A DNA stretch of 41,689 nt. It comes from Nitrospiraceae bacterium. GTDB lineage: Bacteria; Nitrospirota; Nitrospiria; Nitrospirales; UBA2166. A program made the position numbers and the translations under genes. Positions within the stretch are counted from its first letter, which is position 1, and every line of letters starts with the position of its first letter. Positions 1 to 9,320 of the stretch are shown here, one piece after another. Under the pieces are notes generated by a model. The model saw nothing but the letters and a program-made list of their open reading frames with translations, searched no databases and was not told the origin of the DNA. The stretch covers positions 1 to 41,689 of the forward strand of contig PBSN01000016.1 of NCBI GenBank assembly GCA_002726235.1. Direction: 5' to 3'.

Positions 1-177
1 ACCCGCTCCGTAAGGGGAAGCAGGCGACGTCCCTGGCCCGCACTTAATAATATAGCCCTCATCTGCGATGATCCCTCTTCTTCCTAATTGTGGTTGCGGG
101 ATGAGAACTGACGTGTTATTCATGAGTTGCCGTCCACAGTTGGAACGCAACCTACCAGACCTTTCGTAGAATTTCTC

Positions 178-1245
178 GTGATTATCAACCGCTATCTCAC
201 GTGCGAAATCATCAAACCCCTGCTTGCGGTCTGCTCAATCCTGATTATTATCTTTGTGAGCTATAAATCTGACCGGTATCTTGCCGATGTCGTTGAAGGA
301 CTTCTTCCGGCAAACACCGTCATCTCATTGCTCTTTCTAAAAGTCACGATTGCCCTGGAAGTCCTCCTACCCATCACGCTGTATCTTTCCGTCGTGATAG
401 GGTTGGGACGACTACACACGGATTCCGAAATGACAGCACTCTTCGCGTGTGGTGTGAGCCCAAATACAGTGCTGAAAAACGTGTTTGTGTTTTCCCTGCT
501 ACTCGCTATTCTTGTGGGAACTTTATCACTTTTTGTCCGTCCATGGGCATATGAGAAGAGCTATCTCATCACCGCCCAAGCGGAAACCAACTTTGACTTT
601 TCCCAAATACGTTCTGGCCATTTCTACGAACAACAACATGGGAACCGGGTTGTCTTTATTGACCATCGTAATGACTCCAAGACATCGAATAACGGTGTCT
701 TTACACTAACTGAACGAAACAATGTCGTACAAGCAATTTTTGCCAAACGCGCCCATCAAGAGACCGATCACGTGACGGGTGAAAAAACTATCGTCTTCGT
801 CGATGGTCACAAATACACACTCTCGCGCGACGGATCACGAGACCGTATGATTCGCTTTGGTACCATGACCACACGGCTGAAGAAAAAGGAGCCCAAACCA
901 GAATACAAACGCAAAGCCGCGCCAACCCTGCAACTCGCCAGCTCGACAGCTCCTTATGATGTCGCCGAATTTCAGTGGCGTATCTCAACTGCTATTTCGA
1001 CCATTCTCCTTGGACTACTCGGCATTCCGTTAAGTCAAACGTCCCCTCGACAAGGAAAGTACGCAAAGATGCTGACTGCAGTCATCATCTTTGCTGTCTA
1101 TTACAACCTGAGTGCAATCGCCAGAAATTGGGTTGAGCAAGGGGTTATCGGTCCCATACCTGGAATCTGGTGGGTAAACACCTTGCTTGCTTGCACAGTC
1201 GTCCTATGGTTTTTACTTTCACCTCGGGAAGCACAACTCCGATGA
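178..1245 (+). CDS. lptF: LptF/YjgP-family lipid export ABC permease
   Basis: Starts GTG-IINRYLTCEIIKPL. Contains LGRLHTDSEMTALFACGVS, a 3 TM + periplasmic domain + 3 TM layout, and AEFQWRIS...PRQGKY. Start moved from 127 to GTG 178 to match the family N-terminus. Confidence 0.9.
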   Translation: MIINRYLTCEIIKPLLAVCSILIIIFVSYKSDRYLADVVEGLLPANTVISLLFLKVTIALEVLLPITLYLSVVIGLGRLHTDSEMTALFACGVSPNTVLKNVFVFSLLLAILVGTLSLFVRPWAYEKSYLITAQAETNFDFSQIRSGHFYEQQHGNRVVFIDHRNDSKTSNNGVFTLTERNNVVQAIFAKRAHQETDHVTGEKTIVFVDGHKYTLSRDGSRDRMIRFGTMTTRLKKKEPKPEYKRKAAPTLQLASSTAPYDVAEFQWRISTAISTILLGLLGIPLSQTSPRQGKYAKMLTAVIIFAVYYNLSAIARNWVEQGVIGPIPGIWWVNTLLACTVVLWFLLSPREAQLR

Positions 1246-2306
1246 GAACACTTAATCGTTACATTGGAATACACGTTAGCAAAGGATATCTTCTTGTTCT
1301 GCTCATCTTACTCTCGGTATTCAGCTTCTTTGCCTTCGTAGAAGCGTTAGATAATGTAGGAACCGGCCAATACAGATTGGGCGACGCGTGTCTCGCCATA
1401 CTACTCACTCTACCGCGACGAATCATCGAACTCGCACCCATCACAGCCTTGCTGGGTAGCGTCATCGCACTCGGACGACTCGCTAGCAGCAACGAGCTCT
1501 TGGCCATGCAAGCCTGCGGCGTATCGGCTAGGCGCATTTCACTCTCAACCTTGAAAACTGGGTTCGTGTTCATCCTTGCGATACTCATACTTGAATTCGT
1601 CATCGCGCCTCCACTCGAACAACTCTCGCAAACCCGTCACTCTGTCCTGATATCAGGAACCGACACACTACGAACCGAACAAGGATTTTGGTTTCGTAAC
1701 GGGAGAAATTTTATCAATATTAGGCACATCCAACACGGCAGAGTCCCTGCCGACATTGATATATATGAATTCAACGAACATGGACATTTGCATACCTTCA
1801 CGCAAGCTCGAAAAGCAAATATTCAACGTAATAACAAATGGGCACTCACGGATATCACCCAAACATATATCAAACAAGAAAACATCACGGTCCAACACCA
1901 CACAACTATCCATCGGGAGAATCTCCTGAGTCCGGAACAGATCAACATTCTCCTTCTTCCTCCTGAGAGTCTTTCTCCATCCGAGCTCTATCAATACGTG
2001 CAATACCTCAAGAAACACGGCCAGAACGCAGATCAACACAACCTCGCGCTCTGGAAAAAAGCCAGCATGCCCATAGCTACCAGTGCGATGATCGTGATGG
2101 CAATCCCGTTTGTGTTTGGGCCTTTACGCGTTGTCACCGCAGGTCGGAGAATTATGGTCGGGGCGATGGTAGGCATCGTGTTCCATCTGGGCAACCAAAT
2201 TGCGGGCAATATCGGACTGCTCCTTGAACTACATCCCGCGGTAATCACCATGACGCCAATTGCCGCCGTTCTAGGCGTTACGATGGTGCTATTACGCAAA
2301 ATTTAG
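1242..2306 (+). CDS. lptG: LptG/YjgQ-family lipid export ABC permease
   Basis: MRTLNRYIG start with an ATGA overlap on the lptF stop. Motifs LGRLASSNELLAMQACGVS and PFVFGPLR...GRRIMVG. Confidence 0.9.
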   Translation: MRTLNRYIGIHVSKGYLLVLLILLSVFSFFAFVEALDNVGTGQYRLGDACLAILLTLPRRIIELAPITALLGSVIALGRLASSNELLAMQACGVSARRISLSTLKTGFVFILAILILEFVIAPPLEQLSQTRHSVLISGTDTLRTEQGFWFRNGRNFINIRHIQHGRVPADIDIYEFNEHGHLHTFTQARKANIQRNNKWALTDITQTYIKQENITVQHHTTIHRENLLSPEQINILLLPPESLSPSELYQYVQYLKKHGQNADQHNLALWKKASMPIATSAMIVMAIPFVFGPLRVVTAGRRIMVGAMVGIVFHLGNQIAGNIGLLLELHPAVITMTPIAAVLGVTMVLLRKI

Positions 2307-3230
2307 AGACTGTTCAAGCGCTATAGGAGTACCCAACTCCATAAAACGTTGTTCTGCTGGAGAATAACCCCGAACCGAGAGTTGTATACTCCACGTCGAT
2401 ACCTGGCGAGTGAGGCGATATAGGTGGTATTGCGCCCCGCGATCCGGATGATGGCTTCTCGCTGAAGCAGCAGGTACACCAATTGCTGGAACGATGCGAC
2501 CCTGGGCTACTATCTGCCGTATTGATGTGCAATGTGCATGTCCATGCAAGACTAACTCTGCACCGCAACGTGCCACAACTGAACGAAAAGATGCATGATC
2601 GGTAAGTTGCTTCCGCCATGGCACCGTACCCGGAATCGGTGGATGATGGAGCAAGATGATACGAAAAAGACGACGTTCCCCAGTTTCAACGAGAACCCGT
2701 TCGAGAGCCTGTAGTTGGGAGTGGCCAATGCTTCCAGTGGCAAGAAATGGTGCAGATGGGTGTGCGGTCGATAGCCCGATGAAGGCAACCGAATCACGAA
2801 CCCGCAAGCTAGGAAAACATGCTTGGCGTTCACAACCTCCAGCGACTCCCGCAATATCTGAGCCCATATAGGGAATCCACAATGCAAGCGTACTGTCCCA
2901 GTCTGCCTCAACATACGCATCATGGTTTCCTGGAATGATGGTGACCTCAGACGGCATCCCAAGAGCATCAAGCCAATCTTTTGCCTCCTGAAACTCCTGT
3001 GGCAACCCTATATGAGTTAAATCACCAGTAACCACAGTATGATCTGGTTGCTGAGATTTTAAGTCCCGCACGAGCTCGGCAAGAATTTCCGGTCGATATT
3101 TGGCGCGCCGATTCAGGCGCCATGAGAGATACCCTAACACACGCTTACTGAGCAAATCCCGCGCCCTGACATTGTCGAGTGACGACAGATGAGGATCGGA
3201 AAGTTGTGCAATGGTAAATGTCTCTGTCAT
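2292..3230 (-). CDS. Calcineurin-like metallophosphoesterase (Icc/CpdA-like)
   Basis: Five metal-binding motifs: SDPH, TGDLT, PGNHD, LHHPP, LHGHAH. Confidence 0.88.
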   Translation of the reverse strand: MTETFTIAQLSDPHLSSLDNVRARDLLSKRVLGYLSWRLNRRAKYRPEILAELVRDLKSQQPDHTVVTGDLTHIGLPQEFQEAKDWLDALGMPSEVTIIPGNHDAYVEADWDSTLALWIPYMGSDIAGVAGGCERQACFPSLRVRDSVAFIGLSTAHPSAPFLATGSIGHSQLQALERVLVETGERRLFRIILLHHPPIPGTVPWRKQLTDHASFRSVVARCGAELVLHGHAHCTSIRQIVAQGRIVPAIGVPAASARSHHPDRGAQYHLYRLTRQVSTWSIQLSVRGYSPAEQRFMELGTPIALEQSLNFA

Positions 3231-3383
3231 CGCATCACGTTGTCAGGAGCGCCCATCAACCTTTACCGACGATGAGTCGTGATATACAATACGTCGGTTT
3301 CCACCTTTTTTGTCTAGGAGTATTCGGTTGGTGAGGATTAAGCACTACCAAATCCTCACTCAGACGTTCTTTAAGCTAAAATT

Positions 3384-4625
3384 ATGACAATATTTGTACA
3401 TATCGTTGGAAATTCGCCGGTTCTACTCTGGGGACTCTCCTCCCACGAGCGATTGAAGCGCATGCTCCAAGAAGTTGGAAATGCAACGGTGATTGATGAC
3501 CTCGAGACAATTCCGACAGACAGCTCGCTGCTTCTCATTCGCGGCGATTACGTGTTTGATTCCCGCGTCCTCAACTCTCTCATCCATACTCCAAATGTGA
3601 TGCTTGAAATCTGCTGTGAGAATCGAGCATCTATCGTTGCAGCACATGTTCCATCACACTTGAAAGACGGTGCTCGCGACGTATTAAACGGCACCATGCG
3701 ACCCGATATACTACCACGCATCCATACGCGGACACCTGAGACATTGACATCGGCATATCACGCACAACTCAAAAAGTCAGACCCTCCCTTTGTACTCCCC
3801 ATTACTTTGGAACATCAGGCCGCATTGGAGAAAAAACTCTTTTCTGGAGCCTACAAAGGCATCACAGATCTTGTCACCAAATGGATATGGCCATATCCCG
3901 CCCAATGGGCAACCCTAATATGCGTCCAGCATGGAATCCGGCCGAATCATGTCACGATCACAAGCCTTGTCTTGGTGATAATCACTGGATGGTTGTTTCT
4001 TAACGGACATTATGGCTGGGGCCTCATGACCGGATGGCTGATGACATTCCTCGACACCGTCGATGGAAAGCTTGCACGTGTTACCGTCACATCAAGTCGG
4101 ATAGGGCATCTATTCGATCATGGCATTGATCTGATTCATCCACCGTTATGGTATCTCGCATGGGGGCTTGGACTCAGTGCATTTATCCCAGAGGCATCAT
4201 GGCTTTCGCTGAAAACAGTGTTAGGATTGATCGTTGGTGGATACGTTGTCGGACGCTTAATCGAAGGCTCATTCCAATTATGGTTAGGAGCATTTGGAAT
4301 ATTCTGCTGGCGTCAAATTGATTCGTATCATCGCCTCATCACTGCACGCCGAAATCCAAACCTCATCCTTCTGACAAGTGCGTCTCTCATTGGGCGACCT
4401 GACATCGGCCTCGTTGCTGTCGCGTTACTGACGATCATCTCGACCCTGGTCCTTCTAGTGCGTTTTGCTCTCGCGACCTACACGCGCCTAACCACAGGCA
4501 CACTTCATGCCTGGTTTGCCACGCTCGATGATATCTCGACAGACCAATCACTTGCCATCAGATTATTTACCACGCAACCCTCAACTCAAGTGACATCAGC
4601 GTCGGCTACTGGCCAAAATGAATGA
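3384..4625 (+). CDS. CDP-alcohol phosphatidyltransferase with N-terminal soluble domain (CpgA-like)
   Basis: Signature DxxDGxxAR...GxxxDxxxD (DTVDGKLARVTVTSSRIGHLFDHGID), the RPNHVT motif and C-terminal TM helices. Confidence 0.88.
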   Translation: MTIFVHIVGNSPVLLWGLSSHERLKRMLQEVGNATVIDDLETIPTDSSLLLIRGDYVFDSRVLNSLIHTPNVMLEICCENRASIVAAHVPSHLKDGARDVLNGTMRPDILPRIHTRTPETLTSAYHAQLKKSDPPFVLPITLEHQAALEKKLFSGAYKGITDLVTKWIWPYPAQWATLICVQHGIRPNHVTITSLVLVIITGWLFLNGHYGWGLMTGWLMTFLDTVDGKLARVTVTSSRIGHLFDHGIDLIHPPLWYLAWGLGLSAFIPEASWLSLKTVLGLIVGGYVVGRLIEGSFQLWLGAFGIFCWRQIDSYHRLITARRNPNLILLTSASLIGRPDIGLVAVALLTIISTLVLLVRFALATYTRLTTGTLHAWFATLDDISTDQSLAIRLFTTQPSTQVTSASATGQNE

Positions 4626-5682
4626 TCTGTTACACGAAGCCGTCCTTGACGGGCCTGACCGCTCCGCAACCGTTTATTCAGCAACGATTTCACGTCCAAC
4701 GCCAGTAGTCAAAACAATGCGCCTTGGGGTGCTTAATAACCCTCTAAGCGGCGGGAATCGAAATGGTCTTGGCGCCATCTACACAATCCAGAAGGAATTC
4801 CCGCAGATTCCACATCGCGAAGTCAACACACCGGAAGACATTTCCGCCGCTCTGTCAGACTTTGCTGAACGAGGAATCAATCTGGTCGCGATTAACGGCG
4901 GTGATGGAACCATCCAAGCAGTACTCACCTCATTATTCCGGAAATTGCCATTCCAATTCCATCCCCTACTCAGTGTACTCCGAGCAGGAACCACAAGCAT
5001 GATTGCTGGAGATGTTGGACTGTGTGGTTCTCGTGTTTCGGCGATGAGAAAACTGTGTGCCTGGGCAAAGGCCACACACCACAGCACACCTCACTCTGAG
5101 ATCATACGCCGACCAGTGCTTCGTATTCACACAGCGCATGCACAAGAACCACTCTTCGGCATGTTCTTCGGAACAGGAGGCATTACTCAGGGCATTGAAT
5201 TTTGTCGAACTAGGATTCACTCCCTTGGCCTTCGGGGGGAAATTGCTGCTGGACTCGCAACGGCGATGCTGCTCGCATCCCTGCTACGCAAACGATCTAG
5301 CTACGTCACACCGACACGTATTTCCACAAGCGTCAACCAATCCCCGACAACACAGTACGAATGTCTTATTGTGATAGTGAGTACATTGGAGAGACTCTTT
5401 GCCGGCTTACGTCCGTATTGGGGAAGGGAAATCGCTCCGTTGCATTACACCGTTCTTCGCGCAAACCCCAAGTACATGTGTCGCACACTCCCGGCATTAC
5501 TACGCGGCCGCAAGCACCCATATGGAATACCTGAACACGGCTATATTAGCCATAATGTGGAACGCGTTTGTCTGCAACTAGAGTGTCCATTCACACTTGA
5601 CGGCGAACTTTTCGGCATCAACGGTGACTCCCATCAGGTCGTCGTTGAGAGCGGAGGACACGCATCTTTCATCCGCATATAG
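4618..5682 (+). CDS. Diacylglycerol/sphingosine-kinase family lipid kinase (ceramide kinase CpgB-like)
   Basis: DAGK_cat motifs NPLSG, GGDGT, AGTTSMIA and FTLDGE. Overlaps the upstream stop. An alternative start is 4717 (MRLGVL). Confidence 0.85.
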   Translation: MNDLLHEAVLDGPDRSATVYSATISRPTPVVKTMRLGVLNNPLSGGNRNGLGAIYTIQKEFPQIPHREVNTPEDISAALSDFAERGINLVAINGGDGTIQAVLTSLFRKLPFQFHPLLSVLRAGTTSMIAGDVGLCGSRVSAMRKLCAWAKATHHSTPHSEIIRRPVLRIHTAHAQEPLFGMFFGTGGITQGIEFCRTRIHSLGLRGEIAAGLATAMLLASLLRKRSSYVTPTRISTSVNQSPTTQYECLIVIVSTLERLFAGLRPYWGREIAPLHYTVLRANPKYMCRTLPALLRGRKHPYGIPEHGYISHNVERVCLQLECPFTLDGELFGINGDSHQVVVESGGHASFIRI

Positions 5683-5692
5683 AAAACCGACC

Positions 5693-6643
5693 ATGACCAT
5701 TCCGCATACTCTTACCACAATCATCAGTGAGCAGCAGACACATGCCATTCTTCCAGCAACCCAATGTGCCATTGATCAGATCCTCACACGTTATGGCCAC
5801 GCGGTCCAAGCAATCATCTTTTACGGGTCCTGTTTGCGACAATCAACCGACAGTGGCCTCATTGATCTCTATGTCCTTGTCGATCAGTACACATCCATAC
5901 ATGGCGTACGGCTCCAAGCCATACTAAACAAGCTCCTTCCACCTAATGTCTACTATCTAGAATTCCCATTGGGTGACAAAACGATTCGTGCGAAATATTC
6001 CATAGTGTCGCTGTCAGATTTTCAACGTTGTACGACCATGCAATGGTTTCATTCGTATTTCTGGGGCCGATTTGCCCAGCCCACAGAACTCGTGTTTGCT
6101 CGCGACCATCAAGTGAAAAAAACTGTGCAGATGGCAATGGCACAAGCGGTCATGACACTTATGGCTAGAACACTGCCATATATGCCACGTAATTTTGAGG
6201 CACGAGACATTTGGCAAAAGGGACTCTCCCTTAGCTATCAAGCTGAACTACGCTCAGAACGACTAGGGAGCATTTCACGTCTTTTCGATGCGGCCTCTGT
6301 CTACTATGAGCGCGTGACACAAGCCTGCCTTATGACAATGCCCTTTCACGTCACACAACACACAACTGCCTCTCACACCCATTACCATGCCACGATCCCA
6401 CAGAGCGTTCGATCCAAGAACAAATTGGCATGGACGATCAGAAAACTGCAAGGCAAAATCCTCTCCCTACTTCGACTGCTTAAAGGACTCTTTACCTTTC
6501 ATGGCGGAGTCGACTATATCCTTTGGAAAGTAGAACGGCACTCTGGAATTACTGTGGAGGTTACGCCACGACTGCGCAAACATCCTCTCCTCGTTGGCTG
6601 GGTCGTATTCTGGAGACTCTATCGCCGCGGAGCATTCCGTTAG
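5693..6643 (+). CDS. Tam41/Mmp37-like lipid-phosphate cytidylyltransferase (CpgC-like)
   Basis: Nucleotidyltransferase motif FYGS...IDLYVLVD, plus KYSIVS and YFWGRFAQP, which parallel the Tam41 motifs YGS / DxI / KYGV / GRxxKP. ATG lies 10 nt after the kinase stop. Confidence 0.65.
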   Translation: MTIPHTLTTIISEQQTHAILPATQCAIDQILTRYGHAVQAIIFYGSCLRQSTDSGLIDLYVLVDQYTSIHGVRLQAILNKLLPPNVYYLEFPLGDKTIRAKYSIVSLSDFQRCTTMQWFHSYFWGRFAQPTELVFARDHQVKKTVQMAMAQAVMTLMARTLPYMPRNFEARDIWQKGLSLSYQAELRSERLGSISRLFDAASVYYERVTQACLMTMPFHVTQHTTASHTHYHATIPQSVRSKNKLAWTIRKLQGKILSLLRLLKGLFTFHGGVDYILWKVERHSGITVEVTPRLRKHPLLVGWVVFWRLYRRGAFR

Positions 6644-6649
6644 ACTGTA

Positions 6650-7357
6650 TTGGGACATGGACTTTTCATAACCGGCACGGACACTGGTGTTGGAAAAACT
6701 GCAGTGGCCTGTGCGCTAGCGACAAAACTGCGCGCCCAAGGGCACGATGTTGGTGTCATGAAACCGGTTCTTACCGGAGCAAACGTACATCCAAATGATA
6801 CTGACCGCCTGATGCTCGCCGCGAAGGTTTCCGACCCACGCCACCTCGTAAGCCCATATCAGTTCAACCATACCCTTGCTCCCCAAATTGCGGCTGAGCG
6901 TGACAAGGTACCCATCGACATACAGAACATAAAAACAGCTTTCGATGCTCTGCACGCACAACACGACATCCTCCTAGTGGAAGGCATTGGAGGAATCATG
7001 GTCCCCATCACCAAGGAATTTTACGTTCTTGACCTGATCACCTTGCTCGGCCTAAGCGTCCTCGTCGTCGCTCGAGGAAATATTGGAACGATCAATCACA
7101 GCGTCATGACCATCAAGCTGTTACAGATTCACAAAATTCCCGTAGCAGGACTTGTGTTGAATTATCCAAATACAACACCAGTCCACTCCCCTCAAGACTT
7201 GGGATGGCCGAGGATCTTGAGATCAACCGGAGTGAATTCCAGAGGCATCCTGAAGCATATCTCCAACCTTGAAGAATCGTGGGACGAAGGAATTGTGTAC
7301 TTAAGCCAACAACTGTTAACTGATGATTTGTTCAGTGTTCACACGCAATCAGAATAA
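6650..7357 (+). CDS. bioD: Dethiobiotin synthase
   Basis: LFITGTDTGVGKT P-loop, MKPV, VEGIGG and GTINH motifs. TTG start. Confidence 0.93.
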   Translation: MGHGLFITGTDTGVGKTAVACALATKLRAQGHDVGVMKPVLTGANVHPNDTDRLMLAAKVSDPRHLVSPYQFNHTLAPQIAAERDKVPIDIQNIKTAFDALHAQHDILLVEGIGGIMVPITKEFYVLDLITLLGLSVLVVARGNIGTINHSVMTIKLLQIHKIPVAGLVLNYPNTTPVHSPQDLGWPRILRSTGVNSRGILKHISNLEESWDEGIVYLSQQLLTDDLFSVHTQSE

Positions 7358-7520
7358 AGAATCGCGCATCACGCCATACAAATATCCAAGCACTCCCTCT
7401 GTTTCACTTTGGCCCATGGCAAAGTGAAAGTACCGCAGAACCGAAATGTATCGGGAAATACATGAGAGCCTCCAGCACCACAGCTGTTATGAGATAAAAG
7501 GGGACTGCCTGAAATAATTA

Positions 7521-9188
7521 CTAAATCGTTACGGCGCCGTGAGAGGCCGACGAGACATCCCGCGCATACTTCGCCATGACACCGCGGAGATACCTTGGAG
7601 GTGGAGGACTCCAATTCTTCAAGCGAGATGAAATTTCAGCGTCTGAAAGCTCAACATCGAGGCGGCGTGTAGACACATCGAACACGATCATGTCGCCATC
7701 ACGAAGCGCAGCAATCGGCCCCCCCTTGGATGCCTCAGGTGACACATGCCCAGCCATGAGACCATGCGTGGCACCCGAAAACCGTCCATCCGTCAGAAGC
7801 GCCACAGAATCACCGAGTCCAGCCCCCACGATTGTGCCGGTCACACCAAGCATCTCACGCATTCCCGGACCACCCTGCGGACCTTCATATCGGATGACCA
7901 CAACATCACCGGACTTGATCTCTCCGCGCTGCACAGCTTGAAATGCATCTTCTTCGCAATCAAACACCTTTGCCGCACCTCGATGCTGCATGCGCTCATG
8001 TCCTGCTACTTTCAGGACGCATCCCTCTGGAGCTATATTACCCTTGAGAATAACAAGTCCTCCAGTGCCTTTCAAAGGATTTGAAACCGCTCGCAGCACC
8101 TCCTGGCCCGCGGTTTCTTGAGCGCGGTTCGCTTCTTCTCCAATTGTCTGGCCGGTGACTGTCGGTTGACCCCCGTGAAGATGACCAGCATCAACCAGAC
8201 GCTTCGCGACAAGACGAGTTCCCCCCGCATTAAACAGGTCTGCGGCAACAAAACGCCCCCCGGGTTTGAGATCCGCAAGGAGCGGAACCTTCTGGTTAAT
8301 CGCATCAAAGTCCTCGAGTTCGAGGAGAATTCCAGCCTCGCGCGCTACCGCGAGAAGATGTAGAACAGCATTGGTTGATCCACCCGTCGTCGCAACTGCG
8401 GCAATGGCATTCTCGATCGACTTACGCGTAATAATCTCCAAGGGAAGAGTTCCCTTGCGAAGCAGGTCCATCACCATTTTTCCAGTCTGAAACGCAACGT
8501 CATCTTTTTGCAAATCCATTGCGGGTACTCCGTTAAAACCCATCGGTGAAATGCCCATAAACTCAAAGGCAATCGACATCGTGTTTGCCGTAAACTGGCC
8601 ACCGCACGCGCCCGGACCGGGACAGGCATGATCCTCGATGTCACGAAACATTTCAGCAGTCATACGTCCAGCCGCGTTCGCACCAACGGCCTCAAACACA
8701 TCCTGAATGGTAATGTCTTTCCCCCCAACCATACCAGGCATGATCGATCCACCATACAACATCAACGACGGAAGATTCAGTCGGGTGAGCGCCATGACCG
8801 TACCTGGAATCGTCTTGTCACACCCAGACAGAGCAACCACCGCATCAAACAGATATCCTCGAGCAGTTAACTCAATCGAATCGGCAATAACTTCGCGGCT
8901 AATCAACGACGCTTTCATCCCCTCCGTACCCATTGCAATACCGTCTGAGACTGCAATAGTGTTGTATTCGATGGGTGTGCCGCCCGCTGCCCGAACTCCT
9001 GCCTTTACACGTTCGGAAAGTCTCCGAAGGTGCGAATTGCACGGCATGATTTCAATCCAAGTATTGGCAATGCCGACCAATGGCTTCGCGATGTCGTCGT
9101 CAGTGAATCCGACGGCCTTAAGCATCGCACGCGCCGGGGCGCGGCTCGGCCCTTCCGTCATCGCTCTACTTTTATGCTTCATATCCAT
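7521..9188 (-). CDS. ilvD: Dihydroxy-acid dehydratase
   Basis: Motifs PCNSHL, GCDKTIPG, GGSTNAVLHL, GGPGMREML and LTDGRFSG. Confidence 0.97.
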   Translation of the reverse strand: MDMKHKSRAMTEGPSRAPARAMLKAVGFTDDDIAKPLVGIANTWIEIMPCNSHLRRLSERVKAGVRAAGGTPIEYNTIAVSDGIAMGTEGMKASLISREVIADSIELTARGYLFDAVVALSGCDKTIPGTVMALTRLNLPSLMLYGGSIMPGMVGGKDITIQDVFEAVGANAAGRMTAEMFRDIEDHACPGPGACGGQFTANTMSIAFEFMGISPMGFNGVPAMDLQKDDVAFQTGKMVMDLLRKGTLPLEIITRKSIENAIAAVATTGGSTNAVLHLLAVAREAGILLELEDFDAINQKVPLLADLKPGGRFVAADLFNAGGTRLVAKRLVDAGHLHGGQPTVTGQTIGEEANRAQETAGQEVLRAVSNPLKGTGGLVILKGNIAPEGCVLKVAGHERMQHRGAAKVFDCEEDAFQAVQRGEIKSGDVVVIRYEGPQGGPGMREMLGVTGTIVGAGLGDSVALLTDGRFSGATHGLMAGHVSPEASKGGPIAALRDGDMIVFDVSTRRLDVELSDAEISSRLKNWSPPPPRYLRGVMAKYARDVSSASHGAVTI

Positions 9189-9233
9189 AAATTATACAAT
9201 TGTGATGAAAACTAATTGGAAGGTCGCAACGTG

Positions 9234-9320
9234 TGGTGCCCGGAGGGAGGGTCGAACTCCCACTCCCGCAAGGGAACCAGATTTTGAGTCTGGCGCGTCT
9301 GCCAGTTCCGCCATCCGGGC
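9234..9320 (-). tRNA. tRNA-Leu(CAA)
   Basis: Reverse complement GCCCGGATGGCGGAACTGGCAGACGCGCCAGACTCAAAATCTGGTTCCCTTGCGGGAGTGGGAGTTCGACCCTCCCTCCGGGCACCA. Anticodon arm CCAGA-CT-CAA-AA-TCTGG, long variable arm, encoded CCA. Confidence 0.97.
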
